DNA of 62,707 nucleotides, filler included, from Basidiobolus ranarum (Eukaryota): NCBI GenBank assembly GCA_040143965.1. It is 3 parts of 3 records of this genome, joined end to end, with 100 filler letters (N's around TTAATTAATTAA, not from the genome) between each part and the next. Parts side by side here need not be neighbours in the genome. Positions count along the whole stretch, not along the records: positions 1 to 20,864 come from JASJQH010000219.1; 2 more parts are not named here. One strand, 5' to 3'. Shown piece by piece: positions 1 to 12,658 of this stretch (position 1 is its first letter; each line of letters starts with the position of its first letter). The notes under the pieces were generated by a model. It saw only the letters and a program-made list of their open reading frames with translations, ran no database searches and was not told where the DNA came from. The position numbers and the translations under genes were made by a program.

Positions 1-508
1 TAATCATATTCTTGATGTAATCAGCGTGACCAGGGCAATCAACGTGAGCGGAGTGTCTAGCATCAGTTTGGTACTCAACGTGAGCGGTGGAGATAGTAAT
101 ACCTCTGGCACGCTCTTCGGGAGCTTTATCGATTTCGCTGTAGTCGCGGAATTCGGCACCACCAGCTTCAGCAAGAACCTTGGTGATGGCGGCAGTAAGA
201 GTAGTCTTACCGTGATCAACGTGACCGATAGTACCAATGTTTACGTGAGGCTTTTCACGACTGAACTTGCCAGAATCAGTGGCCATATGACGAAGACCAA
301 AGTTACCGAATCTTTGGAGAACGAAACGGGAAGGGGTCATGGCTGAGGCAGCATGTCTGGAAAGGAGAGTCTTACCGACTTGGGCAAGAGGAGTGGCACC
401 ACTAGCCAAAGAAGCAGTCAAAACCCTGGCACTAGTGGATAAACCACGACGAAGAGACTGTTGATAGAGAGCTCTAGCGGCTGAACAACTGGCGGACTTG
501 AGAAGCAT
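1..508 (-). CDS. TUF1: Mitochondrial elongation factor Tu, 5' part (runs off window start)
   Basis: Minus-strand frame from ATG at 508: Arg/Ser/Ala-rich presequence, then [44 protein letters not shown] (EF-Tu G1-G3 motifs). Not in the ORF track because the stop lies outside the window. Confidence 0.97.
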   Translation of the reverse strand, partial: MLLKSASCSAARALYQQSLRRGLSTSARVLTASLASGATPLAQVGKTLLSRHAASAMTPSRFVLQRFGNFGLRHMATDSGKFSREKPHVNIGTIGHVDHGKTTLTAAITKVLAEAGGAEFRDYSEIDKAPEERARGITISTAHVEYQTDARHSAHVDCPGHADYIKNMI

Positions 509-1087
509 AACTTATCTACTGTAAGGAGAAAAAGTATAGAAGCAAGTTTGACCTTCAGAGCAGCATGAAAATATAAAGATTTGCTGAGTGCAATTTTTTT
601 GATAAATTCACAGCGCGGGGTCCATTAATGCGACGGGGGTTCATTTCTGCGGTTAACTTAGAAAGTAAAAATTTTCGAGGCCCTAATAATACTACTATGT
701 GGGGAATCCCCATAATTAATATACCAAAAACTAAGCCATATTCCTTAAAAGAAACCGGCGATAAAATTTTGATTTTTATATAATTTGCTCTTGCAGGCAG
801 CCGTGTTCTAAAATCTAGCAAAATAGCCACGTTACCACCAAGGAACGTACGATTCGCAATTTTAAAATCGAGACAAATGGTGTGGTGATCAAGGTATAAA
901 CTAGAAAAGCTGACCATGGTTTACTATTTTTATTATTACTGCCAATGTTCAAGTAAATCAAAACCTCTACGAAAGTAAAAAAAGAGCACCCCAAGTAACG
1001 ATGAACATATCCAACTTGAATATGTAAATGTCCACTGCCTATAAGCGCTTTTATTATGTTACAATGATAGCCTATATAATTTCAGAT

Positions 1088-2106
1088 CTATTCTGTTTCT
1101 TGGTTCATACGTGTTTTCTTTAGTGCTCTGTAGCTAGCAATGGCCTTTTCTCTTTCAGCTCCAATAATTCTTTGCTGAGCAGCAGAGAGAGTTCTCAGTC
1201 TACCTTTGTTCTTTTTGCGCTTTTCCCTTTCATCAGTCTCGTCATCGGATTCTTCCTTTTGACGTGGCTACATTCAAAATGTGAGTACATTATACCGAGT
1301 TGAAGCGAATAGGAATCAGTAAACTTACAACAAACATCTTGCGAGCCTTAGGAATAGCTTTGATAATAGGTGGGGCATCTACTACTTCACCGAACTTAAC
1401 GTTATCTTTGAGGTTATGGAAATCCTTTGCATTGGCATCTTCCCATGCTAGCTCTTTCTTTGCTTTTTCTTTAAGAATTCTCTTCTCCTTATATCTAAAT
1501 AGATCAACTTAGTTCAAACTCTTGATAGGCGTATGAACGGAGTTCCAGGAGACTGAAAGTTACTACATACTCTTTTCTTTTCTCTTTCTTTCTGGTGCCT
1601 CCTGCTTTTGAAATTTCACTATTGAATTCCTGATCAACGCGCCTGTAAATAGTCACAAAAAATAAGCAATGGGTAGACCGATAGATGCACCAATAGTAGT
1701 TACCTATTGAAATCTTTTAAACTTTCTCTTGGTTTAAGAGTGAGTTCCTATAAGTGAATAAATATTAATATACAATTCAGAAGTATACATGTTCTAATGA
1801 AGACTAGTACCTGAGCTTTACTACTCAGTGTCTGCTTTTTGTCTAGTAAAAATGAACAACATTAACATATTTATATAGAAAAAAGTACCGGATATAATAA
1901 TACCATTCTTTTTGTTGGCATGATCTTCAGAGTTTATAAGGCGCGCGAATTTTCGCGGCATGTCCGGAATGATATCTTTTTTAGGAGCTTGATCATAGCT
2001 TCACAAATAAACATTGACTAAATATTAGGATTATCTGGAGGTGTAAGTTATATACAGCTTACCTTTGAGGTGTAGCTTTCTTGGGGAGCTTTCGTTTGTT
2101 CGCCAT
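1088..2106 (-). CDS. CCDC137-like basic coiled-coil protein (multi-exon)
   Basis: Spliced minus-strand exons give MANKRKLPKK..DMPRKFARL..LKPRESLKDFNRRV..DFHNLKDNVKFGEVVDAPP..EREKAIASYRALKK, a pattern resembling the CCDC137 family. Confidence 0.7.
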
Positions 2107-2482
2107 TTTTGCTAAAGTTACCGCTTGTGAGTAGGGAACTGCCTTTTACCTATTTCTTTTTTTTTCTTGGACCGTATAATTTGGAGGAAAATTTCATGAT
2201 ATTTAAATCATATATCTCCTGTATATCGATTTCTGTTCAAATGAAGATTTGGAAATATTTTCAATGTATGATTTAGTAGTTTGACTCATTTAGAATTTAA
2301 ACATCTTGTCTCGCATATCACAAATTAGTGAAGCTAAAAATTTTAAACCTGCACAACCAATTGATACGCGTCGAAGCAGGGTCGCGATTTCTGATGATTT
2401 CTAGCAAAAAATCCTAAGGTTCACTTGTTAAGTATTCAAAAGGTAATACTTATTGAATTTGCTTGAAAATAAAAATTCCATA

Positions 2483-5050
2483 ATGACTTCACAAAGTGAG
2501 TTTAAAGAAACTGGTCAAGCGTCAGTTTTAAAGCGGAAATTAGACGATGTACCTTCAGACGATAATGATGGCTTTGGTAATTGCTCTTTAGTTAGTAACC
2601 AAATTTCGAACCATTCAAGTTTACTCATTTTGATGCTGAATTAGAGGTACAAATGTCTCGCTCAGAACGCAGAAAACTAAAAAAACAGAAGAAACAACAA
2701 GAGAAATTAGGAGATCCAGAAGTATATATAGTCCCATTTGTCGTGTGTTACGTTTAGTTTAACAATTGTTTTACCATTCCATTTAGCAATATCCTGGCTT
2801 TTATTTCAATTTATCTGGATTTACTTCAGCTTTGAATGTCAAGGTATAGCAATGCTTGATAAGAAACCACACATTGGAATGCTATTAAACATGTGATATT
2901 GTAGGATATTCGGGATTTAGTCTTATGGTGTATTAGTGATGGTACAAATCCGTCTTGGATGCTTGTTAAGGTATCTTCCTCTGTAATCGATACATTTTGA
3001 TTTTAGCATGTACTCATTTATAGTAGAACAAGGTCAATATAGCCAAGGTAGTTGTCCTGATTGTACCCTATTTGAGTGTGGGGCTCCCCTTCCAAGGCTT
3101 ACACAAGAATAGCAAACAGCCACTTCCCTTGAGTACAACCGCGTCTGCTACTTGGTCTGAAGGCCAAAAGAAGTTATTCCAATCTTTAAGTAACATATTT
3201 ACTCATGTATGTCCTACCAAAGGACCAAGCGATAGGAGTAGACTTCATTCTCCTTTGATGAATTTTATGAACTGTCCTTTGAGTAAATCTGAGAAGCATA
3301 GAAGAGTAGAGGAGGCTCGAGTTCGTCAGTTTCACTCTCGATATTTATATATGTTTTACCATTTATTTACACATATATGTTGCTAGGTTCTAAAAACAAA
3401 TCGACCAAGAGCCCTGAATACTACTTGATGACAAACATACAGCTCATTGATTCGGAGTATCCTCTTCCACTGTCCATCTCTAAATTAGATAGTCTTTCTG
3501 ATGGTTGGGTGGAAACTAAGCCTTGCTCCGACCCTGCACTTTCTACTAGCCCCAAGACCGTTATCGGTTTAGATTGCGAAATGGTAAGTATCATGCCATG
3601 TTGGCCTTTTCAATTGATTTCTCACCTATTAGTTATTAGTGCAAAACGGAACTTGGCATGGAGGTAACACGAGTGACCCTTGTTGACTATGATTGTAATG
3701 TTATTTTTGATGAACTAGTCAAACCAGACAACACCATCATTGATTATCTCACTCAGTAAGTCAACCCTAAGTACATGTAGATGTTGCGACAGCTGACTAA
3801 TAATTTATCTTCTTTACATAGTTATAGCGGCATTACGGAAGAAACACTGAAGGGTGTTACCACTCGTTTGGAAGATATCCAGAAGAGACTATTGGAAATC
3901 ATTGATCATCGCGTCATTTTGGTTGGCCACTCTCTCAATAGCGATCTAAAGGCTCTTAAAGTAAAAATGGAAATCCATATGCTCTACATCTTGTTGACAT
4001 GTTGTTAAAATCCTCTCTCCATATAGCTTGTCCATCCATACATCATAGACACCGCCGTCATATATACCCATACTCGCGGACCACCATATAAGCCAGGGTT
4101 GAAGTGGCTTGCGAACAAATGGCTATCACGCGAGATCCAACAAACAAATCTACCTGGAGTTGTAGGCCACGATAGTGCTGAGGATGCAATTACTTGCATC
4201 GATCTACTGAAAATGAAACTTCGCAAAGGTTGCTCTTTCAGTATCTTTTTTCTAAATGAATAACTAATGCTCATATATTTCTCTTCTCAGGACCAGATTT
4301 TGGTGTATTTATGGTTGATACGGAATCGATTTTTGTCAGGCTTAGCCGTCATCAACCCAAGCCAAAGTTGGGTGCGGTGATTGATCACAAAGGTGCGGCT
4401 CTTATCTATGGGTCTGATGCCCAGACACAACTGGAATGCTCTAGTGACGAGCAAGTATGTACATCTATCCTAGCGCGTCAATAATATCCTTTATTAAATG
4501 GCATCAATTAGGTCGTTACTGAGGTGCGTGACAAGACTCAAGATCACGATTTTATCTGGACCCGCTTGAAGGGATTGGAAAGCCTTTATGGTATGTCGTG
4601 TGAATAGATCCATTTACCAATATTTATATTGTTACTTACATGGTTGATAATAGGAAACTATGTATCTACTGAGAACTCTGTATATGAGAACACTGATCAA
4701 ATCCCATTCGAGATATTGGACCCTATTTTAACCGAGATGAGCTCAAACATAGAGAACCTCTTTGATAGCTTACCGAAGAGGACAGCGTTCATTGTGCTTA
4801 GTGGTCATGGTGATGCTAGAAAAGTAAAAAGGTAGAGTCACCTTTGTGATCAATATCGTGTCACAAAATCTATGCTAACTCTTTGCTTCTCAGTTTGTCG
4901 ACTAAAAAGAACGAGTATGCTGAGCTGTTCAAAAACCAGAAGCTTAGTGAGATACCATCTGACAAACTATGGACTCCAGAAGATGAGAGAGATTTAATCG
5001 AGGCGGTGGATGCTGCTAAAAATGGGGTTAGCTTTTTCCGTGTAAAATAG
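2483..5050 (+). CDS. REX1: DEDDh RNA 3'-5' exonuclease, Rex1/REXO-like (multi-exon)
   Basis: Exons encode GLDCEM, YSGIT, ILVGHSLNSDLKAL, HPYIIDTA, LKWLA, GHDSAEDA (ExoI-III motifs), joined by GT-AG introns. Confidence 0.9.
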
Positions 5051-7962
5051 ATAGATCTCAATGTTATGATTTTATATATAGGCTTACTTTAACCTTTTTG
5101 TAATAATTATTACGTCGTTCATGGGAATAAAAATTATATAACACTTTACAACCAACAACTCTAGTGTTAGCTAGATAATATCTGAAATCCACTAATCACT
5201 CAATGGATTAGCTCAGCAAACATTGATGAATAATATATCTCATGTAATCAGTACTATATATAGGTTATCGCTAAAAGAACTACCTGCCACTTTCCCAAAA
5301 CCGCGAATGAATAGAACACTATAAATCTGTGTAAACAAACTGAACAAGGGTCAGTAACTTCTCAGCGTACTCCACACATATTTAGTAGGATGGAATAAAG
5401 ATATTTCTTAATAGTACAGATGTATTGAAGATTTATGTACATATATAGCACCAATGTGTAATATACTGAAGATGTGGATCTTCCAATGAACAAAACATGA
5501 AGATACAATTAGCAGTAGAATGTACGCCCAGTGTATATTAAATGATTAAGCTTTATCTATATTAAATATACCTGAACCCTTCCGCATATCTATTTTAGAT
5601 TTGTGCAGATGGATCTGGATTCCTGCCGAGTTCGTACACACCAATCAAGATCATAAATCTGTGAGGAAAACCTGTTTCTCCACCCAATTGGTAATGAAAA
5701 TATGTTGCGAAGAACTAATTTAGATCCTGTCTATTAATGGCTAGAGTAACTATAAACGACCCTATATTGGCAATTGATAGGAACCACTTTAGACAATCCC
5801 GATCCCAATAGGTATATCAATATTTCATGAGCACTGCTAGCTACTGACTGAAATAAGTCTTCTATCCTTGAATCTCAGGTAGATTGGCCATACTGTGTTG
5901 TGTAGGATGACTAAAGAAATACAGACGCCTTACATAATTACTAATTTACTTAAATGTTCTATCTCACAGGTGTGAATTCATTGTCTCGGGTAGTTTCTAG
6001 ATAATTATGACTTTGTTTAGGCTGACTATTTTGAGTTAAAGCATCGCCAGAATTTATGAATATGATGGAGTTCAAGTTTGCTGTTTTTAAATGGATGCCA
6101 TGATTTTGATTGGCTTAGAGGTCTTGACTGACTGCGTCATTCAACTTCTATACAAATAAGCAAAAGCTTGGGCAATGAATTTTATTTGGTTCACAAACTT
6201 GCCAAGGAAACACAAGCTCTAGACATGCTACAAGTGTTCTAAATATTCGGTTATTTTAGTGATAGAGTTCTTTCGCCTCATTAATTAGACCGTTTCGGTG
6301 TATTGGACTAGGATATCATCCATTTGAGGACAGTATCTGAAACAGATATACACCTCACTTCAAAATATCGTGTGTAACCATGAAATGTGACCAATCTGTG
6401 TAGCGCATCGGTGTCATCATCACCCTTCATCTGCCGTCATCTATAATAGTTAGTATCACTTTTCGGTGACAACATAGGGACCATTCGCCCATAGCTTCTC
6501 CGAATCAGCCTTGAATACAGATTGGATAATCTGCCATCGGATCATATCCAAGTGACTTTTATGGACTTGCGTAGCAACTAAATCTATATTGAAACAGGTT
6601 TTTTTGTCCAAAAGCATCAGCGATATCCAGCCATTAAAATTATTTATATTAAGTCTTTTGGCTCAAAATTATGCTTGAATGGGATCAAAAAACATCCGAT
6701 TATTCCAGAGTCATGTGTCAATAGTATTGATTATGCTACATCTGCTACATACATCAACTCCAATATATCGAATTCCTGGTATATAAATTATGCCTCCAAT
6801 CATATTATAAGCACACCAACTCTTTATAATCACATCAGTCTTCGATTCATATGCGTATACGTATGATTAACTGATCTGTACAGGATGTTGCTCAAACTTC
6901 CATTAGCATGCTACGGTTCTCCTTGCAGAGATCTCCGCACGTTGCCTTTTCCATATAGTCCAGTTATATTTCAAAGCAAATCATTAATTCTGCTACACTC
7001 CGACATACAAATATACTCTAACTCGAAATATTCGTAACAATTAGTGTTTCGAAATATCCATAGTAGACGAATCATTTGTAAGCCCTTATGACCTTGCCAA
7101 CCCACTACGATCCCGATTTAGGCTGCGATAAAAACCCCAGTGTGTACCCAATGTGGCTTCCTAGTTTATATAGTACATGGATCCTGTCCTCATCCTTGTA
7201 ACGTTTTGGGATTATTGCCGCTTATCGAAGCTTTAGTAAGAAGCCTATTTATACTGGTCGTGTTTGGACCACTGTGTGGCTAATCCTTAGGGCAACTAAT
7301 TTGATGTTGCTGTTTCGTACATCAGTAGTGGGCTTGATGTTACTGCTTCGTATACTGTGATTGGTGACTACAGAAGGCACAGTAATGAAATATTGCCGAG
7401 CGCTGTATTAGGTAATTACTTGGCGAGGGATGTGTCAGCTAGTTATTAACAAGCATAGTGTTCATACACAATGTACATCCATAGGGTACTTACAGGATAC
7501 TTGGAGCTGTTTCATATGAGCTTTCCAACATCTTCCAGATATTTCCGATTGAAGAGTTTGTTTGTTCGAAAAAGAAAATCCCAATTTCAATCAGTAACAG
7601 GTTTCGTTCACGATGACCCAATGGATCAAGTTTGTGCTTTCTAATTCCAAATATAGTTCAGAGGCACTATTCCGATCGTACGCAATAAAAAAAGCAAAGA
7701 AAGTCTCCAATTAGTGAGTCGACTGGAGTTATCAACTAAGGTGCGATATATATATGTATTGAGCAGTGTCCAATTGGTGACCAAGCGATCGTATATAAAT
7801 ACCTGGTGAAAACCAGCGCGCGACCTAATTTTATTTTCCCTTGGCTACTTTTCATCCTTTATACACGTAGATATAGTGAGTGGGGCCTTGATTAAACTAG
7901 TCTAGCGTAAAGATCAAAACATTGAAATCAGAGAGTGTATTAATACCAATTTCGAGAAGATA

Positions 7963-9170
7963 ATGTCCTCATCATCGATGATCGGGCGTCCCCGAAAGCC
8001 AATATGGGACCATTTTTGGCGTGGAGCAAGATGTAATAAAAGTCATTATCATGCTCACTGTAATTACTGTATCGAAGCTCTTGGAGTTGATCGGGTGCCT
8101 GGGATTCTAGGTATCCCTCGAACGATGGCATCACACCTGCGTACATGTCAATACACACCCGATGAGGTCAAGCGTAACTTCACAGCAGAGGTAATGTGTT
8201 CTGGATTAAGTTTTTTCGATTGAGTGTCATATTCTGATAATCTTAACTCTCCCACAATGTACTAATCATAGCAACAAGGTTAGTGCTTTTAGTATATTTC
8301 CCCACTTGCCTATGTAACGGAAATACTCATGTTGCTCTTGAACAGAAGAGAGGTTTTCTGAGAACAAGCACCGAAGGATATCTGGTCCTCAACATACTTC
8401 GATATCTGGATTTGCTTCACCCTCATCCACAACGGATATCACTGCCGATCAAATTAATCAATTAATAGATTTAGCTCTGGAAGGTAGAGTCAAATTCTTG
8501 TCAACACACCTCAAGAGTCAACTTATCATAGTATGTTGTAATAGCCCAAAAAAAGTCTTACGCACCATATTCCAATTTCAAAGTTGGAGCAGCTCTGCTA
8601 ACTGATACTAATAACTTCTACAAAGGTACTATACATATATTCTTTGAGTGTGCTATATACAATTCTCATCACGCTAATGTCAAAACTTGTTAGGTTGCAA
8701 CATTGAAAACGCTTCATTGGGAGCTGGGATTTGTGCAGAGAGAGCAGCATTCTCGAGAGCCTTGGTAACACCGGATTTATTAACGTCTTACAATTACGAA
8801 GTATATACCAATTTTTTGCACTATAACTATTAGACTGATGGAGAAACGGGATTTACCGCCATTGCCATTGCTACGTAAGATGTAAAGAAAGAGTTTTTAT
8901 TGTTTTGACAAGGAAAGCTAACTTTAACGTCAATAGTGATTCTCGAAGCTTCACCTTTCCATGCGGTATTTGCAGGTAAATAATTTCCCCACTACATTCA
9001 TACAAATCATCAGTAATTTATCCCACTATTTTAGACAATTTATGGCAGAATGGGGGACTGATTTAGATGTATATGTTGTTAAACGTGATCGATCCACACA
9101 AGTTCTTTCCCTGGAAGAGCTCTTGCCACATCAGTTCTCCCCTAAAGAACTGAAACCCTCGAAACGTTAA
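7963..9170 (+). CDS. CDD1: BED-type zinc finger - cytidine deaminase fusion protein, about 246 aa, 8 exons
   Basis: Exons 7963-8190, 8272-8278, 8346-8483, 8545-8625, 8694-8764, 8834-8874, 8937-8975, 9035-9170 total 741 nt in one frame, all introns GT-AG. N-term GRPRKPIWDHF..CNYC..HLRTC; C-term SYAPYSNFKVGAAL, GCNIENAS, ICAER, PCGICRQF, LEELLP (homotetrameric CDA motifs). Confidence 0.88.
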
Positions 9171-9867
9171 TATTATAATCGAGAGGATTCTTAGAGAAGC
9201 CATTCGCCTTTTCCACTTGTATTTGACCAACTTTCTATTGGAATAGTATTCCAAGGAGTATAGAATGAGGAATATTTTGGTTGAGTTAATTAGAGTTGTC
9301 TGATGAAAAGTATTTATTCTTTCCATATTTCCACATTGTAACCAATATTCTTTGTGGTCAAGAATCTTTCTGAATGTATCATTTTTCTACCCTTTTTCTA
9401 TCCTTTTTGAATAAATCTTTTCAGGGTCAAACTATTCCACCATGTTTGATTCCTGGATGCTATTTGGTGTAATGTTTGGGGTAATGTTTGGTGCAATGTG
9501 GATCCAGTACTCAATTTGGTTGATGAAAGTATATGACTACGTTGCAATAGTGGAACAAATGGTGGCAAGCCATTCACCTACGTCCACTAATCTTGGTGGG
9601 AATATCAACAAATACCCGTGTCCTCGGAGTTTGCGACATCGTATAGTGCTCGTTAGTCGGTCACATTGACTTGCCCAAGATGATTGCAAAACTGGATTTC
9701 TCCTTTATTGGAAGTTCTCTCCTGAGACAACCGCCTCATTCTTACTCACATTTCCTGCGATATTCTCACATGTGAAGTTGGGAATTCCTATATAACTACG
9801 GCATCCTCAGCATCAGTCATATAAAGGTTCGTATTCTCCTATCGATTTATCTCAGAGCGTAGTCACA

Positions 9868-10912
9868 ATGGGTAGACTCGAAGGAAAAGTTGTGTTCATG
9901 TAAGCACCTTAGAATCCTTATACTCAATCACGGATAGCCACTAACTTTGATATATGCAGAACTGGAGCTAGTGCCGGTATTGGTGCAGGTTGTGCTAGAA
10001 GTTTTGCAGCTGAAGGATCGAAACTGGTAATATTCGAGGATATTTGATGTCACATGGAGATACTCGTCGTTAATCATAATGTCCTTTTTGTTGTGGGATA
10101 AAAGGTTCTCACTGCTCGTCGACTTGAACGTTTAAATGAATTGAAGGAAATAATTCTCCGCGAATATCCCCAGGTTAAAATCCATACTGCCAAGCTTGAT
10201 GTTAGTGATAAAGCTAACGTTGACGAAGTAATTTCCTCATTACCACAAGAATTTAAAGATATAGATGTCCTCATCAATAATGCAGGTACGCCATATTCCA
10301 AAAGGATATTCAAGTGGTGATGTACTTACTCTGTCTCAAATTCATCTAGGCTTGGTCATTGGCCTTGATACTATTCAAGATGTAGCTCCAGAAAACATTG
10401 ATGTCATGTACAATACCAATGTCAAAGGATTGTTATATTGTACTCAAGCCGTTTTACCTCGTATGAAAGAGCGAAATGCTGGTCACATAATCAACGTGAG
10501 CTCTATATCAGGTTTGTTCTAAACAATTCCTCTCTTGTAACTGTTCCGTTAATTTAGTTCCACTTCTCATGACATAGGCAGAGAGGCTTACGCTGGAGGC
10601 GGTGTGTATTGCTCCACTAAATTTGCTGTGGAGGCACTTACGCGTACCTTACGTATAGAGTTGATGAGTACCAACATTAAAGTAACCTGTATGGCACCTG
10701 GTTTGGTAGAAACTGAATTCTCCATGGTCAGATTTAAAGGCAACAAAGAGAGAGCAGATCAAGTCTATAAAGGATTTACTCCACTCGACGGTGATGACAT
10801 CGCAGAGGGTATAGTCTTTGCTGCATCACGACCTGGCCATGTGGAAGTGGCAGATATATTGATTGTACCCAAAGGTCAAGCAGGCGCTTCCAATATCTAC
10901 CGTAAGGAATGA
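9868..10912 (+). CDS. Short-chain dehydrogenase, YdfG/YMR226C-like NADP-dependent 3-hydroxyacid dehydrogenase, copy 1
   Basis: TGASAGIG, LINNAG, YCSTK, PGLVETEFS motifs across 5 exons. Confidence 0.92.
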
Positions 10913-11235
10913 TCAGCGTGGGAAATCATAGTTTCGTAATCAACTTTACTACCGAATAAATGTAAAATTTGTGGAAGACTCACGTGTGGAGTATGTTACT
11001 ATATATGTCTCTACCTGTAATCTAGTTATGTCTACAACTGTGTAAACAGTGACAAATCGTAATGTTATCCTCTTTATTAGCATGAAAAACATCATTTTGA
11101 GCCAGTCGTAATCCCATACGTCAGTAGTCTTTATTCCAATTAATATCACCCCAGAGAATTTGGTGACAATTTTAGGAATTTACAGAGTAGACTTGTTGTA
11201 TCTTTCTTGATTGACTCACTTAGTTGTTTAACGTC

Positions 11236-12287
11236 ATGGGTAGACTTCAACAAAAAACTGTGTTTATGTAAATATATTCGTTAGCAAGCAATCATTTCAA
11301 TTATTTGCTTTTATTAAATATGTTTGTATGTCTCTATTATTTTTAGTACTGGTGCAAGTGCTGGTATTGGTGCCAGTTGCGCAAACCAATTCGCTGCTGA
11401 GGGGTCCAACTTGGTAGATCCATTTATTTTATATCGTACACAGTGTTGTTATTTCGTAACTAACTTGAGCTTTCAATAGATTCTCACTGCTCGTAGACTT
11501 GAGCGTTTAAATGAGTTAAAAGAAAAACTCACCAAGGAGTACCCACAAATTAAAATCCACGTTGCTAAACTCAATGTAAGCGACAAGGCTAATGTTGATG
11601 AGGTGATTAGCTCTCTGCCTCAAGAATTCAAAAACATTGATGTACTTGTCAATAATGCTGGTATAACTTTTCGATAAAATAATTTACTGGGTGGAATTTC
11701 TAATGATTTTTCTCTGATATTTCTTAGGCCTTGTCGTTGGGCTCGATTCTATTCAAGATGTCGCCTCGGACGCTGTAGATACAATGTTTAATACCAACGT
11801 AAAGGGGTTACTTTATTGTACTCAGGCTATTTTACCCGGGATGAAGGAAAGAAACACTGGCCATATTATTAATGTCAGCTCTATTTCTGGTAAGTTAACC
11901 CATATGGAGATAGCCCAAATGTTCAATATTGAAGTTTTATGATGAATTCCAGGTCGCGAGGTCTATTCCGGAGGAGGTATATACTGTGCCACCAAGCATG
12001 CCGTAGAAGCACTTACTCGCACCTTACGTTTAGAATTAATGAGCACCAAGGTGAAGGTCACATCTATCGCTCCTGGTTTGGTTGAAACCGAATTCTCAGT
12101 AGTAAGATTCAATGGCGATAAAGAGCGTGCTGACCAAGTTTACAATGGAATGACCCCTCTAAACGGTGATGATATTGCAGAGAATATTGTTTTTGCCGCA
12201 TCCCGTCCCGAGCATGTCGAAGTTGCAGATATCTTGATTTTCCCTAAAGGACAAGCAGGTGCAACTAGTGTTTACCGTAAGCAGTAA
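11236..12287 (+). CDS. Short-chain dehydrogenase, YdfG/YMR226C-like, copy 2
   Basis: TGASAGIG, LVNNAG, YCATK, PGLVETEFS; same intron positions as copy 1. Confidence 0.92.
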
Positions 12288-12658
12288 ATATCTTTCTATG
12301 TGACAGGAATCAATTGCATTACTTCTCTTATTGCATGTGGAATATCTATGGCATTCCACTCATACATTCCCACATAGTATATTCTTTTGGTTAATAAATT
12401 CAAGATGATGATTTTTTATCATCTTATTTCAGATTCAGTATCGTTTGGGAGCATTTGAACCATTTCACAGCCCTATAAAAGGAATTTTACCGTCACCTTT
12501 ATGGTGAGATCGGTTGCGTCAACATTGATCTTACCATGGCATGGGAATTTATTGGTTAACTCTTAATTCAGGTGAGTGTTGAAAGAGGTAAATATGGTGG
12601 CATACATGCCATATAACGAGAGTATTGGTCAGCCTTTCGATATTCCTTAGCAGTCAAC

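Noticed and set aside
9442-9669. 75-aa ORF with (MFGV)n repeat
   Set aside because: Produced by a 12-bp minisatellite (about 9461-9500) in the SDR promoter; no other coding signal.
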